From positions 224,001 to 288,000 of the forward strand of contig OZ246001.1 of NCBI GenBank assembly GCA_965230295.1: a DNA stretch of 64,000 bases, in the 5' to 3' direction. Shown piece by piece: positions 1 to 9,750 of the stretch. Within the stretch, counting starts at the first letter, position 1, and the number at the start of each line of letters is the position of its first letter. Origin of the DNA: Marinicella sp. GTDB lineage: Bacteria > Pseudomonadota > Gammaproteobacteria > Xanthomonadales > Marinicellaceae. The notes beneath the pieces are model-generated. The model saw only the letters and a program-made list of their open reading frames with translations, was not told where the DNA came from and did not search any database. The position numbers and the translations under genes are program-made.

Positions 1-4
1 ACAA

Positions 5-508
5 TTGGACCACCTGCCACAAGTGGTGTTTGTCACTGCCTATGACCAATATGCGATCAGGGCTTTTGAGCACAATGCTTTGGATTATTTACAAAAGCCG
101 ATTGAACCAGGTGATTTACATCGAGCTGTTGAGCGCATCAGCAAAACAGACGCACAACCCACCAAAGAGCGATTACTCAGCAGGGGAGATTCAGTGTTTG
201 TTAAAGATGGCGAACAATGCTGGTTTGTTGATGTGGCTGACATCAGACTGTTGGAAGTGGATGGCAATTACACCACCCTATATTTTGCAGAACATCGCCC
301 TATGCTGCCTAAAACCTTGAATCATCTGGCCTCTCGTTTGGATCCAGAGTTGTTTTTTCGTGCCAATCGCAATCAAATGTTCAACCTCAAGCACATCCAA
401 TCGGTTGAACCCTGGGTGCAAGGCATTCGGGTGGTTTTGTCTGGCGGGGAGAAAATAGAGCTGTCCAGGCGGCAAACGCAAAAGTTCAAGGAAATGATGA
501 GTTTGTGA
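5..508 (+). CDS. LytTR-family response regulator (5' end truncated by window edge)
   Basis: Receiver C-terminal half (VVFVTAYDQYAIRAF, DYLQKP) followed by LytTR domain (FFRANR, LSRR). Confidence 0.9.
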   Translation: MDHLPQVVFVTAYDQYAIRAFEHNALDYLQKPIEPGDLHRAVERISKTDAQPTKERLLSRGDSVFVKDGEQCWFVDVADIRLLEVDGNYTTLYFAEHRPMLPKTLNHLASRLDPELFFRANRNQMFNLKHIQSVEPWVQGIRVVLSGGEKIELSRRQTQKFKEMMSL

Positions 509-552
509 TGATGTATATTGTGTGCATGTTTGATTTACTTGCCATGCTCGAC

Positions 553-733
553 GTTCACTGAGCGCAGTCGAAGTGAACTCAATAAATGGTTTAAAGGCTC
601 ATTTTGTATGGGCTATGGCTCCGCTCAGCCCGCGATCCATTGGCTGAGCGGAGCCGAAGCCCTCCTAAGAAGAAATATTAAACTGTTCAAGATGCTCACC
701 ACGACAGGCTCAGTACAGGCTGGAGTCGAAACC
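553..733. repeat. REP-like palindrome cluster (GTTCACTGAGCGYAGTCGAAGTGAAC / GGCTGAGCGGAGYCGAAGCC family)
   Basis: Units at 553-578, 611-630, 642-661 and 702-733; the same family recurs at 36769-36939 and 61317-61423. Confidence 0.85.
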
Positions 734-737
734 AGCG

Positions 738-1193
738 TCATAAATCCAAACTCATAAACACATTATTCGGATCTTTGACATAATCACCAAATGGTTCACA
801 GTAGGTGAATCCATATCGACTGTAAAACTGTCGGGCCGGCTCAAAATAAGCCATAGAGCCGGTTTCAAGTTTCAATTGTTGATAGCCCCTTTGGTTCGCT
901 TCTGTTAATACATGATTGAGTAATCGCTTTCCAACACCTTTGCGGGTATGCGCCGGGGCGGTCTTCATGGATTTGATTTCGCCAAAATCTGCATCCCAAT
1001 GTTTCAAAGCGACACAACCGAGTAATTCATCTTGATCCCACAATGACCAAAAGGTGATTTCAGGTTGTTGCAAAGCTTCCACATCCAGCACATGACGGCT
1101 TTCTGGCGGTGAATGTTCGGCCATGCGGTCTTGGTGCTCATTCAACAAAGCCAAAACCGCTGGATGTCCTAAGCCGCCCACTTTGATTTTCAT
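738..1193 (-). CDS. GNAT N-acetyltransferase (YsnE/YedL-like)
   Basis: SPPES, GEIKSMKT, RKGVGKRLL, LETGS and FYSRYGF motifs; ATG at 1193 chosen as start. Confidence 0.85.
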   Translation of the reverse strand: MKIKVGGLGHPAVLALLNEHQDRMAEHSPPESRHVLDVEALQQPEITFWSLWDQDELLGCVALKHWDADFGEIKSMKTAPAHTRKGVGKRLLNHVLTEANQRGYQQLKLETGSMAYFEPARQFYSRYGFTYCEPFGDYVKDPNNVFMSLDL

Positions 1194-1200
1194 AGACGCT

Positions 1201-2643
1201 TCAGTCAAAATCATCAACAAAAATCAAATCACAACTGATGTCACCGCAGAATTCATAGGCGCCAATGTCCATGGTATCGGTAGCCGGCCTGCTCTGCATG
1301 ATTTGGTGTTTGATGTATTGTTGGGTCACTGCATGGTCTGGCAACAAACTGGCGACTGGAGCCATGCCATTATTGATCAGAACAGAGGTAGCTAGCAGCT
1401 TCCAATTTTCATTGGCCACACTGGTAAAACCAGGATCTGAACCGGTTAAATTACTGCCTAAGTCTGAAATGGTTCCAGTTGGCGTACAATGGCAGTCTTG
1501 CCAGCCGGTCTTGAACCAGTTGTGTTCCATATCCACCTGACCTGAACCACCTATCAAAGCCAATAAGTTACCACTGCCAGTTCCATAGTACACATTATTG
1601 AACACATGGGCCGTCTCGTCATTGGTCGATAATCTCATCAAGGTGGTGTTACCAGTGCGGGTACTGATGACGGTGTTGTTATAAAAATACAAGGTACCTT
1701 TGCGGTAATCACTGGTGGTACCACTGTCTCCGCCGTAATGCACCATTTGTGAATTCCCTTGCCCATCAGACTCCATCAGGACATTGCCATAGACATGGGT
1801 GGTTGTATAGCTGGGATGATTCACCAACACACTGGAGTCTTCGGCATCAACCAGATCAAGCTGCCGGTTGCCATCCTGGATCCAGTTATAGCGGACCACC
1901 AACCCTGCCGACCGGTCCTTCAGGTTATTGCCTAAGGCACCCGTGCGCAAGGGGCCAAAATGATTACCCTCATAAATGATGCCAATGGCTGCTGTGTAGG
2001 TGTTGTGTTCAAAAATCCGCCCTTCTATGCCGTTGTCATAAATGTGGTTTTTCTGAATCAGAATGTCTTGTGTTTGCCCACCATTGGCGCCAATAAAAAT
2101 GCCGTTACCGGAATCACGAATGGTGTTGTTGCGGATGGTGATGTTTTGGCCAATTTCGACATAAACGCTGGCGGCATTGTTGGAATAAGTTTCTGTGCCA
2201 CCGCTGTCATTGGTGAATTGAAAGGGTGGCCGTGCTGAACGGAGGTCCAGATTCTCGATGATGATGTGCTCCGGTATGTCATTATCGGGTGTGTTTGAAC
2301 CACCAATTTTAATCAAACCTCGACGCTCATTCCAAAAATTAACCCCCGGGACTGTGGTTGCACCATTGCCATCGATGATCGGTTGTTGACCTTGTGGACC
2401 ATTGACTCCAATCACCTGAATTGGGTTTTGTTCCGTGCCCACACCATTGATCACCCATTTTTCTTTATAGGGAGTAGCCCGCCAATGAATAAATACCCGA
2501 TCACCGGCCTGGATATTGGCCCATGGAACATCTCCAATGTTTTGGTACGGTGGGTTAGAATCCACATGATAATCAATAGCTTGGCCAACGGTGCTGATAA
2601 ACAGCAATACAAGCCCCAATTGAAATGTTCTGATGGTTAACAT
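1201..2643 (-). CDS. Secreted right-handed beta-helix (pectin lyase-like) protein with C-terminal DLIFVDDFD motif
   Basis: Signal peptide, repeated N-x-I-x-x-N beta-helix rungs, DIGAYEF tail. Confidence 0.75.
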   Translation of the reverse strand: MLTIRTFQLGLVLLFISTVGQAIDYHVDSNPPYQNIGDVPWANIQAGDRVFIHWRATPYKEKWVINGVGTEQNPIQVIGVNGPQGQQPIIDGNGATTVPGVNFWNERRGLIKIGGSNTPDNDIPEHIIIENLDLRSARPPFQFTNDSGGTETYSNNAASVYVEIGQNITIRNNTIRDSGNGIFIGANGGQTQDILIQKNHIYDNGIEGRIFEHNTYTAAIGIIYEGNHFGPLRTGALGNNLKDRSAGLVVRYNWIQDGNRQLDLVDAEDSSVLVNHPSYTTTHVYGNVLMESDGQGNSQMVHYGGDSGTTSDYRKGTLYFYNNTVISTRTGNTTLMRLSTNDETAHVFNNVYYGTGSGNLLALIGGSGQVDMEHNWFKTGWQDCHCTPTGTISDLGSNLTGSDPGFTSVANENWKLLATSVLINNGMAPVASLLPDHAVTQQYIKHQIMQSRPATDTMDIGAYEFCGDISCDLIFVDDFD

Positions 2644-2756
2644 AACTCGATACAAATTCAAGAAGCCTTAAATTGTATATGTTATCCGGTTCAATAACTG
2701 TTAATTGGGTCCTGTTTTTACCTCTGTAGTAAAATAATTACTTTCAATAACCGGAA

Positions 2757-3122
2757 GTGACAATGCGCGTATATAACCCGAACAAGGCAGTCAATCAACT
2801 GAGTGAAATGGAGTTTCAAGAATTGAGCACATTCAATGAAGGCAGCAGCGGGGTTTTCTGGGGTGAGGCCAGCGACTGGTCACCTTGGGAAATGCATCCT
2901 GATTGTGATGAATTGTTGCATGTGATAGATGGCGCCATCAAACTTGAAGTGCTGCCCTTTGAAGGTGAGGACATCACTGTCGTGTCTTTAAAAACTGGTG
3001 ACTTTTCTCACATCCCTCGTGGCCAATGGCACCGTCAAAAACTTCTGGTCAAAACCAAGGAGTTTTACCTGACCCCGGGACCCACCCTGCATTCACACAG
3101 TTTGGATCCCAGAAAAGATTAA
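2757..3122 (+). CDS. Cupin domain protein
   Basis: WEMHPDCDELLHVIDG and IPRGQWH cupin motifs. Confidence 0.85.
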   Translation: MTMRVYNPNKAVNQLSEMEFQELSTFNEGSSGVFWGEASDWSPWEMHPDCDELLHVIDGAIKLEVLPFEGEDITVVSLKTGDFSHIPRGQWHRQKLLVKTKEFYLTPGPTLHSHSLDPRKD

Positions 3123-3131
3123 ACCAATCGA

Positions 3132-4523
3132 TCAAAACTGTGAACAAAGATTACCGTCAAAGTCATTGGCAAAAATGGTGTCAGCTGGGTACTGCTGTAT
3201 ATCCACAGGTGCATCCAAGAACGGTGTGTATTGAATCACTCCTTGGGCACCTCCAATGGCATCATCAAGACTGTCTGATATGCGGTCACCACTGCCACCC
3301 AAGTTGTTGATGTGCGTGGGGCCACTGATGTGATTCCACCAATTATTGCTTGCATCCACTGCATTGTTATTCACTCCAGCATGTACAGCTGCAGTCACAT
3401 GGTTAACAAAATTATTGTTGTTGATTAGATAATTGGCCGAGGGCTCTGCACCATTACTGAAAAAAATCCCCACATCATTACTGGCAAAGGAAGAACAGTT
3501 CACTTCGAATCTGGTCAATTCATTGCCTACCAAATTGGTTGGAAGTACTTCAATGCCAGCGGCGCCATTGCCATTGAGCAAGGTTCTGGTAACTGAGAAT
3601 TCACCGGCACTGATCACAAAAATACCAGAGAAAAATTCAATCACGGCATTGTTGTTGAAGGTTGAATCCGAAATCTCTGTGTTGACCATATCAATCACTG
3701 CCAAACCTGGCCCCCGGTTGTTGTTCCCGACCAGGTTTTTGACAGTCAAACTACCGGCTGCACCCACCACAGTTCCGGCAGAGTCATTGCTGTCATCTCC
3801 ATTGGCAGAGGCTTCTGAGTCAAGTATGGTTACGGTGATGTCATCGGTTTGCGTGGCTGAGGATACATCGATGCCTTCACTGATGTTTCCGTTTGCCATG
3901 ACATTCATTACGGTGATCTGGGTACCGGCTGGACCATCTAGATTCAAACCACTGCTTTGGTTGTTGTTGGCAATTGAGTGCAACACTTCGATGGTGTGGT
4001 TACCGACCGACACTTCCACATCTATTCCATCGTTGTTGTTGCCATTGGCAGTTACATGGCTGATGATGATGTCTCCATTGACCAAGTCCAAATCAATGCC
4101 ATCATCATCGACCGCTGTTACCAGCATACCGCTGATCGAAACATTCCCAACAAAGAAGCTGTTACTGTGTACAAACGCGGCACCTGTGGCTGGAGAAATC
4201 TGAACAGTACCAACCGCTTGTGTGTTGTTACCATCAACGGCTATAAAACTGATGTTACCATCGGTTGCTGTGCCCAAGCCGCTGCCCATCATAGACAAGT
4301 CCACCGACTCGGTATAAGTACCAGGAAACACCCTGATTTCATCATCAGCTGCTGCTTGATTCAAAGCTTGTTGAATGGTGCTGTAACAATTGGTTAAGCC
4401 ATTACAGTTGCCGACATTATCGACATGATGAGTCTCCGCATGAACCAGAGTGCCTAACGACAGTAAGCCAATGCTCTGCAAAATGAGTTTCAGTGTTTTG
4501 TAATTATTTATTAATGGTTTCAT
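3132..4523 (-). CDS. Secreted beta-helix repeat protein with C-terminal DTIFANDFD motif
   Basis: Signal peptide; TIQQAL, PGTYTE, repeated ANGN..DGI; DASNNWW. Confidence 0.7.
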   Translation of the reverse strand: MKPLINNYKTLKLILQSIGLLSLGTLVHAETHHVDNVGNCNGLTNCYSTIQQALNQAAADDEIRVFPGTYTESVDLSMMGSGLGTATDGNISFIAVDGNNTQAVGTVQISPATGAAFVHSNSFFVGNVSISGMLVTAVDDDGIDLDLVNGDIIISHVTANGNNNDGIDVEVSVGNHTIEVLHSIANNNQSSGLNLDGPAGTQITVMNVMANGNISEGIDVSSATQTDDITVTILDSEASANGDDSNDSAGTVVGAAGSLTVKNLVGNNNRGPGLAVIDMVNTEISDSTFNNNAVIEFFSGIFVISAGEFSVTRTLLNGNGAAGIEVLPTNLVGNELTRFEVNCSSFASNDVGIFFSNGAEPSANYLINNNNFVNHVTAAVHAGVNNNAVDASNNWWNHISGPTHINNLGGSGDRISDSLDDAIGGAQGVIQYTPFLDAPVDIQQYPADTIFANDFDGNLCSQF

Positions 4524-4549
4524 ATTTTTTGTGGTTGTATCAATGGTGT

Positions 4550-5122
4550 TTAATGGGATTTTTTGACATATTCAGTCAGTATGACAATGCGTTGGCTTTC
4601 AACTTTTCCTTCAATTTGATTTGGGTTGTCATGAACCAGCGCAATGTTTCTGACCGCAGTGCCTTGTTTGGCCGTGAAGCCACCGCCTTTGACCTTCAGA
4701 TCTTTGACCAAAGTCACGGTATCACCGGCTTCCAATGGTGCGCCATGACAATCGCTGTGAACCACCCGTTCTTGGCCTTCACCGGTGGCTTGGGCCCATT
4801 TCATTTGGTCCTCTTCCAGGTACATCATGTCCAATAAATCTCGGGGCCAACCCTCAGGTGACAACCGGGTCAACATCCGCCAGGCCAATACCTTGATGCC
4901 CGTCACTTCACTCCACATGCTGTCATTCAAACAACGCCAGTGGTTGACTTCTGTTTGGTCAGGATCGTCAATTTGGCTGCGGCAAGCAATACACAGGTAT
5001 ACGCAAGAATCAACATCAACTTGTTCAATCGGTTGCACTTGATAAACGGCCAGTTGATCGGTTGACTGACACAATTCACAATGGTCACCAGATCGTTCTT
5101 TAAGGATTGCTTCAATATTCAT
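4550..5122 (-). CDS. PhnA/YjdM-domain protein with N-terminal Zn-finger
   Basis: CELC...CIAC; C-terminal DCHGAPLEAGDTVTLVKDLKVKG...KQGT PhnA motif. Confidence 0.85.
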   Translation of the reverse strand: MNIEAILKERSGDHCELCQSTDQLAVYQVQPIEQVDVDSCVYLCIACRSQIDDPDQTEVNHWRCLNDSMWSEVTGIKVLAWRMLTRLSPEGWPRDLLDMMYLEEDQMKWAQATGEGQERVVHSDCHGAPLEAGDTVTLVKDLKVKGGGFTAKQGTAVRNIALVHDNPNQIEGKVESQRIVILTEYVKKSH

Positions 5123-5266
5123 GCGGCGCATTATAAAGGAATGCTTATGGGTCTTCATTCATTTTGATCCAGATAATTTTTAGTTTTGACCCATTCGTTG
5201 CTTAATCCTGAGCAAAGGCCTGCATCCAGATCCTGTCCTTCCACGGGCTGAAGTCCACGCACCAAA

Positions 5267-5453
5267 TGTCATTGCGAGGAGCGCAGCGACGTGGCAATCT
5301 CGAGTCTGTTAACACTCAATGAATGGTATTAATTCGTTACGTCATCCTGCGGCTTGACCGCAGGATCCAGGTTTGCTGAGCTAAAATGCTTCAGAAGTTC
5401 TCTGATATCAAGTAATTTACTCAGCTTAGGCCCGAATCAAGTCCGGGATGACG
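5267..5453. repeat. CGTC/TGTC-tagged REP-like palindromes
   Basis: TGTCATTGCGAGGAGCGCAGCGACGTGGCAATCTC (5267-5301); CGTCATCCTGCGGCTTGACCGCAGGATCC (5340-5368) and inverted partner ending GGGATGACG (5453). Confidence 0.8.
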
Positions 5454-5620
5454 GTAGTGATAATTTTCAGTATTTATCAGCCACTTGTGGGCCTTCTGAA
5501 AAAGTTCTCCACAATATACAGCATACTCAACAACCGTGTGGCTTCACTGAGTTAATTTATGGGTGACATTTGACAACAAGCTTGGCACAATAAATCTCTG
5601 TTTTGACCAACGAGGGACAC

Positions 5621-8038
5621 ATGAAACATTTGAGCTCACTTTTAATTATTATCATGATCAGTACGTTGGCTGTGGCCAATGACAAGGCGAGTAAAGACAT
5701 TGCCGGATTTACAACAGGCATGGAACTTCACGAAGGATTTCTGGATTTTTATTGGGATGAAAAAACCGGCAAGATTTTTTTAAAAGTTGATCAATTTGAT
5801 CAAGATTTACTGTATGTGTATTACCTACAATCAGGTGTGGGGTCCAATGACATTGGTTTAGACCGGGGCCAAATCGGTGGCAACGCTTTGGTTCACTTCA
5901 AGAGGATGGGCCATAAAGTCTTGATGGTCGAACCCAATCAATCCTATCGAGCTTATTCTGACAATGCCGCTGAGCGATTGGCGGTGGCAGACGGTTTCGC
6001 CCAATCGGTTTTATTTGGTGGTGAAATTGTGGCGCAAAGCGACGGTGCTGTGCTGGTTGATTGGACTGGGTTTTTGTTGCGTGACTCACAAGGCATAGCC
6101 AACCGTCTAGCGCAAATGAAAGAAGGCCAATTCAGTGTTGACCAAAACCGCTCTGCCATTTTCATGGCCAACAGCAAGAACTTTCCAAACAACACCGAAT
6201 TTGAATCATTGATAACCTTACAAGGGAAAGATCCAGGGCCACACATACGCTCAGTGGCACCTGCACAAGACATCATCAGCATCAGGACCCACCATTCTTT
6301 GATTAAATTACCTGACCAACCCTACAAAACACGTGATTTTGATCCTCGCTCAGGCGCCATACCCATCAGTTTCAAAGACTATGCAGCACCGCTTGGACAG
6401 CGCATGAATAAACAGTGGGTGGTCCGTCACCGCCTCGAAAAAAAAGACCCGTCAGCTGACATCAGCGATCCCATAGAACCCATCGTTTACTTCCTTGATC
6501 CTGGAACACCCGAACCCGTTCGATCGGCTTTGTTGGATGGGGCCAAATGGTGGTCAGAGGCGTTTGAAGCGGCAGGTTTCAGCAATGCCTTCCAAGTCAA
6601 ACTTTTGCCAGAAGGTGCGGATCCACTTGATGTTCGTTACAACACCATTCAATGGGTCCACCGGTCAACCAGAGGTTGGTCATATGGGGCCAGTGTTGTG
6701 GATCCAAGAAGTGGTGAAATTCTGAAAGGACATGTCACGCTGGGTTCGTTGCGGGTCAGGCAAGACATGTTGATCGCACAAAGCCTGTTATCACCCTATG
6801 ATGGTAAACAAGATGCCGAGCAGCTTGAAAAAGATGTTCAAAACATGGCTTTGGCCAGGTTACGTCAACTGTCAGCACATGAAGTTGGACACACTTTAGG
6901 TCTGATCCATAATTTTTATGCGAGCAGCAATAACCGGGCTTCGGTGATGGACTATCCGCATCCGCTGGTAAAAATAACTGAAGCAGGGAATTTAAGCCTT
7001 ACAGATGCCTATGATGTGGGCATCGGCGACTGGGATAAAGTCTCCTTACGATACCTATATCAAGATTTTGCTCAACAAGATGAAAACACTGCTTTGGATC
7101 AACTGCTGGACCAAGCCCGAAACCAGGGCCATGTGTTCATTGCTGACCGAGATGCCAGAACCCAGGGTGGTTCTCATCCTTTTGCACACCTGTGGGACAA
7201 TGGCAAAGATGCGGCCCAAGGGTTGATGGATGTCTTGGCTGTCAGGAAAAAAGCCCTCAACGAATTTGGCTTAGACACCATCAAAATGGGCCAACCCGTT
7301 GCTGAACTTGAACGCCACTTGGCTCCTGTTTACCTGTTCCACCGATACCAGACAGAAGCCGCTGTTAAACTGATAGCTGGGGTCAATTACCGATATGCCA
7401 TCAAAGGAGAACCCGATGTTGAGGCAACGATCGTGGACCCAACTACACAAGCTTCGGCCCTTAAGGCCATCATGGCCACTTTGTCTGCTGAAACATTGGC
7501 CATACCCAAAGATTTGTTGCCTATTTTGTTACCACCAGCTCAAGGCAGTTACCGTGACCGGGAGCATTTTAAACACCGCACCGGGTTGAATTTTGATGCC
7601 CTTGGCGTGGCTGAAACTGCAGCCAAACATTCTTTAAAACTGCTGCTGAATGTAGAACGAGTCAATCGCCTGGTGGAACACCATGCCCGAAACCAGCAAT
7701 ACCCAAGTCTGAACTCAGTCCTTAAGCATTTATGGCAACACACATGGCAGACCCGATACAAAGACCTATACATGCAATCAATTCAGCATGGCATCAACTG
7801 GGTCACGTTATTACAACTGATGGATCTGGCCGCTGATGATAAAGCTGCACCGGCCACCCAATCTCATGTGTTAAATTTCTTGCGAAAACAACAAAAAGCT
7901 TTGGCCAAAAACCGGCAGCACAAAGCATTCAACCTGATGGCGGTAACGGCCATCAGGCAGTTCTTGGAGAGTCCAGAACGCAAAATGTTACCCACCCATC
8001 AACCCATACCGCCTGGTTCCCCAATCGGTATGCATTGA
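5621..8038 (+). CDS. Secreted zinc-dependent metalloprotease (DUF5117/DUF4953, EcxA-like)
   Basis: HEVGHTLGLIHN zincin motif, SVMDY Met-turn, signal peptide, PPGSPIG tail. Confidence 0.9.
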   Translation: MKHLSSLLIIIMISTLAVANDKASKDIAGFTTGMELHEGFLDFYWDEKTGKIFLKVDQFDQDLLYVYYLQSGVGSNDIGLDRGQIGGNALVHFKRMGHKVLMVEPNQSYRAYSDNAAERLAVADGFAQSVLFGGEIVAQSDGAVLVDWTGFLLRDSQGIANRLAQMKEGQFSVDQNRSAIFMANSKNFPNNTEFESLITLQGKDPGPHIRSVAPAQDIISIRTHHSLIKLPDQPYKTRDFDPRSGAIPISFKDYAAPLGQRMNKQWVVRHRLEKKDPSADISDPIEPIVYFLDPGTPEPVRSALLDGAKWWSEAFEAAGFSNAFQVKLLPEGADPLDVRYNTIQWVHRSTRGWSYGASVVDPRSGEILKGHVTLGSLRVRQDMLIAQSLLSPYDGKQDAEQLEKDVQNMALARLRQLSAHEVGHTLGLIHNFYASSNNRASVMDYPHPLVKITEAGNLSLTDAYDVGIGDWDKVSLRYLYQDFAQQDENTALDQLLDQARNQGHVFIADRDARTQGGSHPFAHLWDNGKDAAQGLMDVLAVRKKALNEFGLDTIKMGQPVAELERHLAPVYLFHRYQTEAAVKLIAGVNYRYAIKGEPDVEATIVDPTTQASALKAIMATLSAETLAIPKDLLPILLPPAQGSYRDREHFKHRTGLNFDALGVAETAAKHSLKLLLNVERVNRLVEHHARNQQYPSLNSVLKHLWQHTWQTRYKDLYMQSIQHGINWVTLLQLMDLAADDKAAPATQSHVLNFLRKQQKALAKNRQHKAFNLMAVTAIRQFLESPERKMLPTHQPIPPGSPIGMH

Positions 8039-8058
8039 TGGATGAGGTTCAAGGGAGT

Positions 8059-9552
8059 TTAGCGGTTGGCCAAATCAAAACTGCTTTTAAAGATGATCTC
8101 ATGATCTAAATCATCTGCTCCTTTGTGTGTTGCCAATGGCAAGCGGGTTTGCCCATCCACATCAAAAATGGTTCCAGCAGTGGCAACCACCCATAAGTCT
8201 GGATCATTGTATTGACCTGGTGCCAAGTGGAGATCACCATTGAACATGTCAACAAAATTAACAGCCAGGTCCAATGAAGCACTGTCAATACCACTGGCCA
8301 ACTGGTAATCACCAAGGGTGGCATAGGCGATGCCATCAAACACATAGGGATCATTAGACAGGCCATGGTAGATGTTGTTCTCTGCCATTTGCAATGCATT
8401 GCCGCCAGAATAGCTGATGACGGCTGCCTGCGGGTGTGTCATGGTGCTGTGTATGAGGTTATTCTGAATATCGATCTGGGCCCCTGAAGTGGTGGTTACT
8501 TGTAAACCATATGATATGAAAGATCCCATCGTGCCATGAGACACAATTGAATTGTGGTGAACATTGACCCTTTGACTCAAGTTATCTAGTACCAAGCCTT
8601 TGTGGCTGGCCAGAATGAAATTATTGGTGATCAGGGTGTGGGTGATACCATCTCCGTTTAAGCTTGACAAGCGCATCCCGATGCCTCCGTTTCCAGCACC
8701 TAACATGCTGATTTGGTTGGCATTGATGGTGGCTCCATCGGATTGATTCACACGCAGACCTTTGCCATTGCTGGTGATGTTGTTGATGATGTTTTGACTG
8801 AATACAAAATCATTGACGTAATTCAACAAAACCACATTGAAGGAACCGATCGCATCCTGATCATTGAAACGATTCTCTGAAATGGTGATGTTTTGCATTT
8901 GAATGGACGGAAGCCCATATAAGTATATGGCCATGTTACCCCCCTCAAAAGCATTGTTTGTGATTTCAATGTCTGACAATTCAGAAGGTGAGATGGTCAA
9001 TAAAGAAGATCCGTCCTGTTCATCAGACTGCGGATTGATGTCATAGCTTATAAACTGATTCTCAGAGATGGTGATGTGCTGGCTGCCATTTTCAAGCGCC
9101 AACAAACTGGCAAAATCAGCTGTACCCGTGGCCTCAAAAATCAGGTTTTTAACTTCAACGTATGTCACAGCTTCCAGTTTCAGGATCCAGTTGTCACTGG
9201 CAGAAGCTGCATCATGTTGTAGCACAGCTGGATTCATCTCATCTTGAGATTGAATGATCAAGGAGTCATCAGCTTGGTCCAAGTGGGAAAATTCCCCCAA
9301 AGTTGCATGCACTTGATGAACACCAGGAACGACATTTAAAGTGACTGGGCCGCTGATACCATCGGTTGTAATGACGTCAAAAGCCGTGTTCAAATCTTCA
9401 AAATCTGAAAATGCATCACCCACTGTATATGAACCGCTCAAGCCCACTCCCAATTGGCCCGAAGATCCACTCACTGATTCAGAGGCACCAGAAAGGTTTA
9501 TACCCAAAATTGAGCTTAATAAAAGAAAAGCAAACAGTTGATATTTATTCAT
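8059..9552 (-). CDS. Secreted beta-helix repeat protein with C-terminal EIIFKSSFD motif
   Basis: Signal peptide; LSGSYTVG, GISGPVT; I-x-x-N rungs; DLHL..DVDG..R..GADD tail. Confidence 0.7.
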   Translation of the reverse strand: MNKYQLFAFLLLSSILGINLSGASESVSGSSGQLGVGLSGSYTVGDAFSDFEDLNTAFDVITTDGISGPVTLNVVPGVHQVHATLGEFSHLDQADDSLIIQSQDEMNPAVLQHDAASASDNWILKLEAVTYVEVKNLIFEATGTADFASLLALENGSQHITISENQFISYDINPQSDEQDGSSLLTISPSELSDIEITNNAFEGGNMAIYLYGLPSIQMQNITISENRFNDQDAIGSFNVVLLNYVNDFVFSQNIINNITSNGKGLRVNQSDGATINANQISMLGAGNGGIGMRLSSLNGDGITHTLITNNFILASHKGLVLDNLSQRVNVHHNSIVSHGTMGSFISYGLQVTTTSGAQIDIQNNLIHSTMTHPQAAVISYSGGNALQMAENNIYHGLSNDPYVFDGIAYATLGDYQLASGIDSASLDLAVNFVDMFNGDLHLAPGQYNDPDLWVVATAGTIFDVDGQTRLPLATHKGADDLDHEIIFKSSFDLANR

Positions 9553-9750
9553 GACAGGCTCCTGATTAAATATCCACTAAGTTACTGTTGGGTGAAAATT
9601 TATACCTGAAAAATAAACTAAATCAACATGAAATTTTGTAACCAAATGTTGTCTTCTTGCATCAAAATGTAGCATTTGTGCAGACATAACAATTTATTAA
9701 CTTTTCAAATGTATACTTTTTGACAACTAACAAGGACAGTCATTGCAATT

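Noticed and set aside
3433-4203. 256-aa plus-strand ORF
   Set aside because: Antisense shadow of the beta-helix gene 3132-4523
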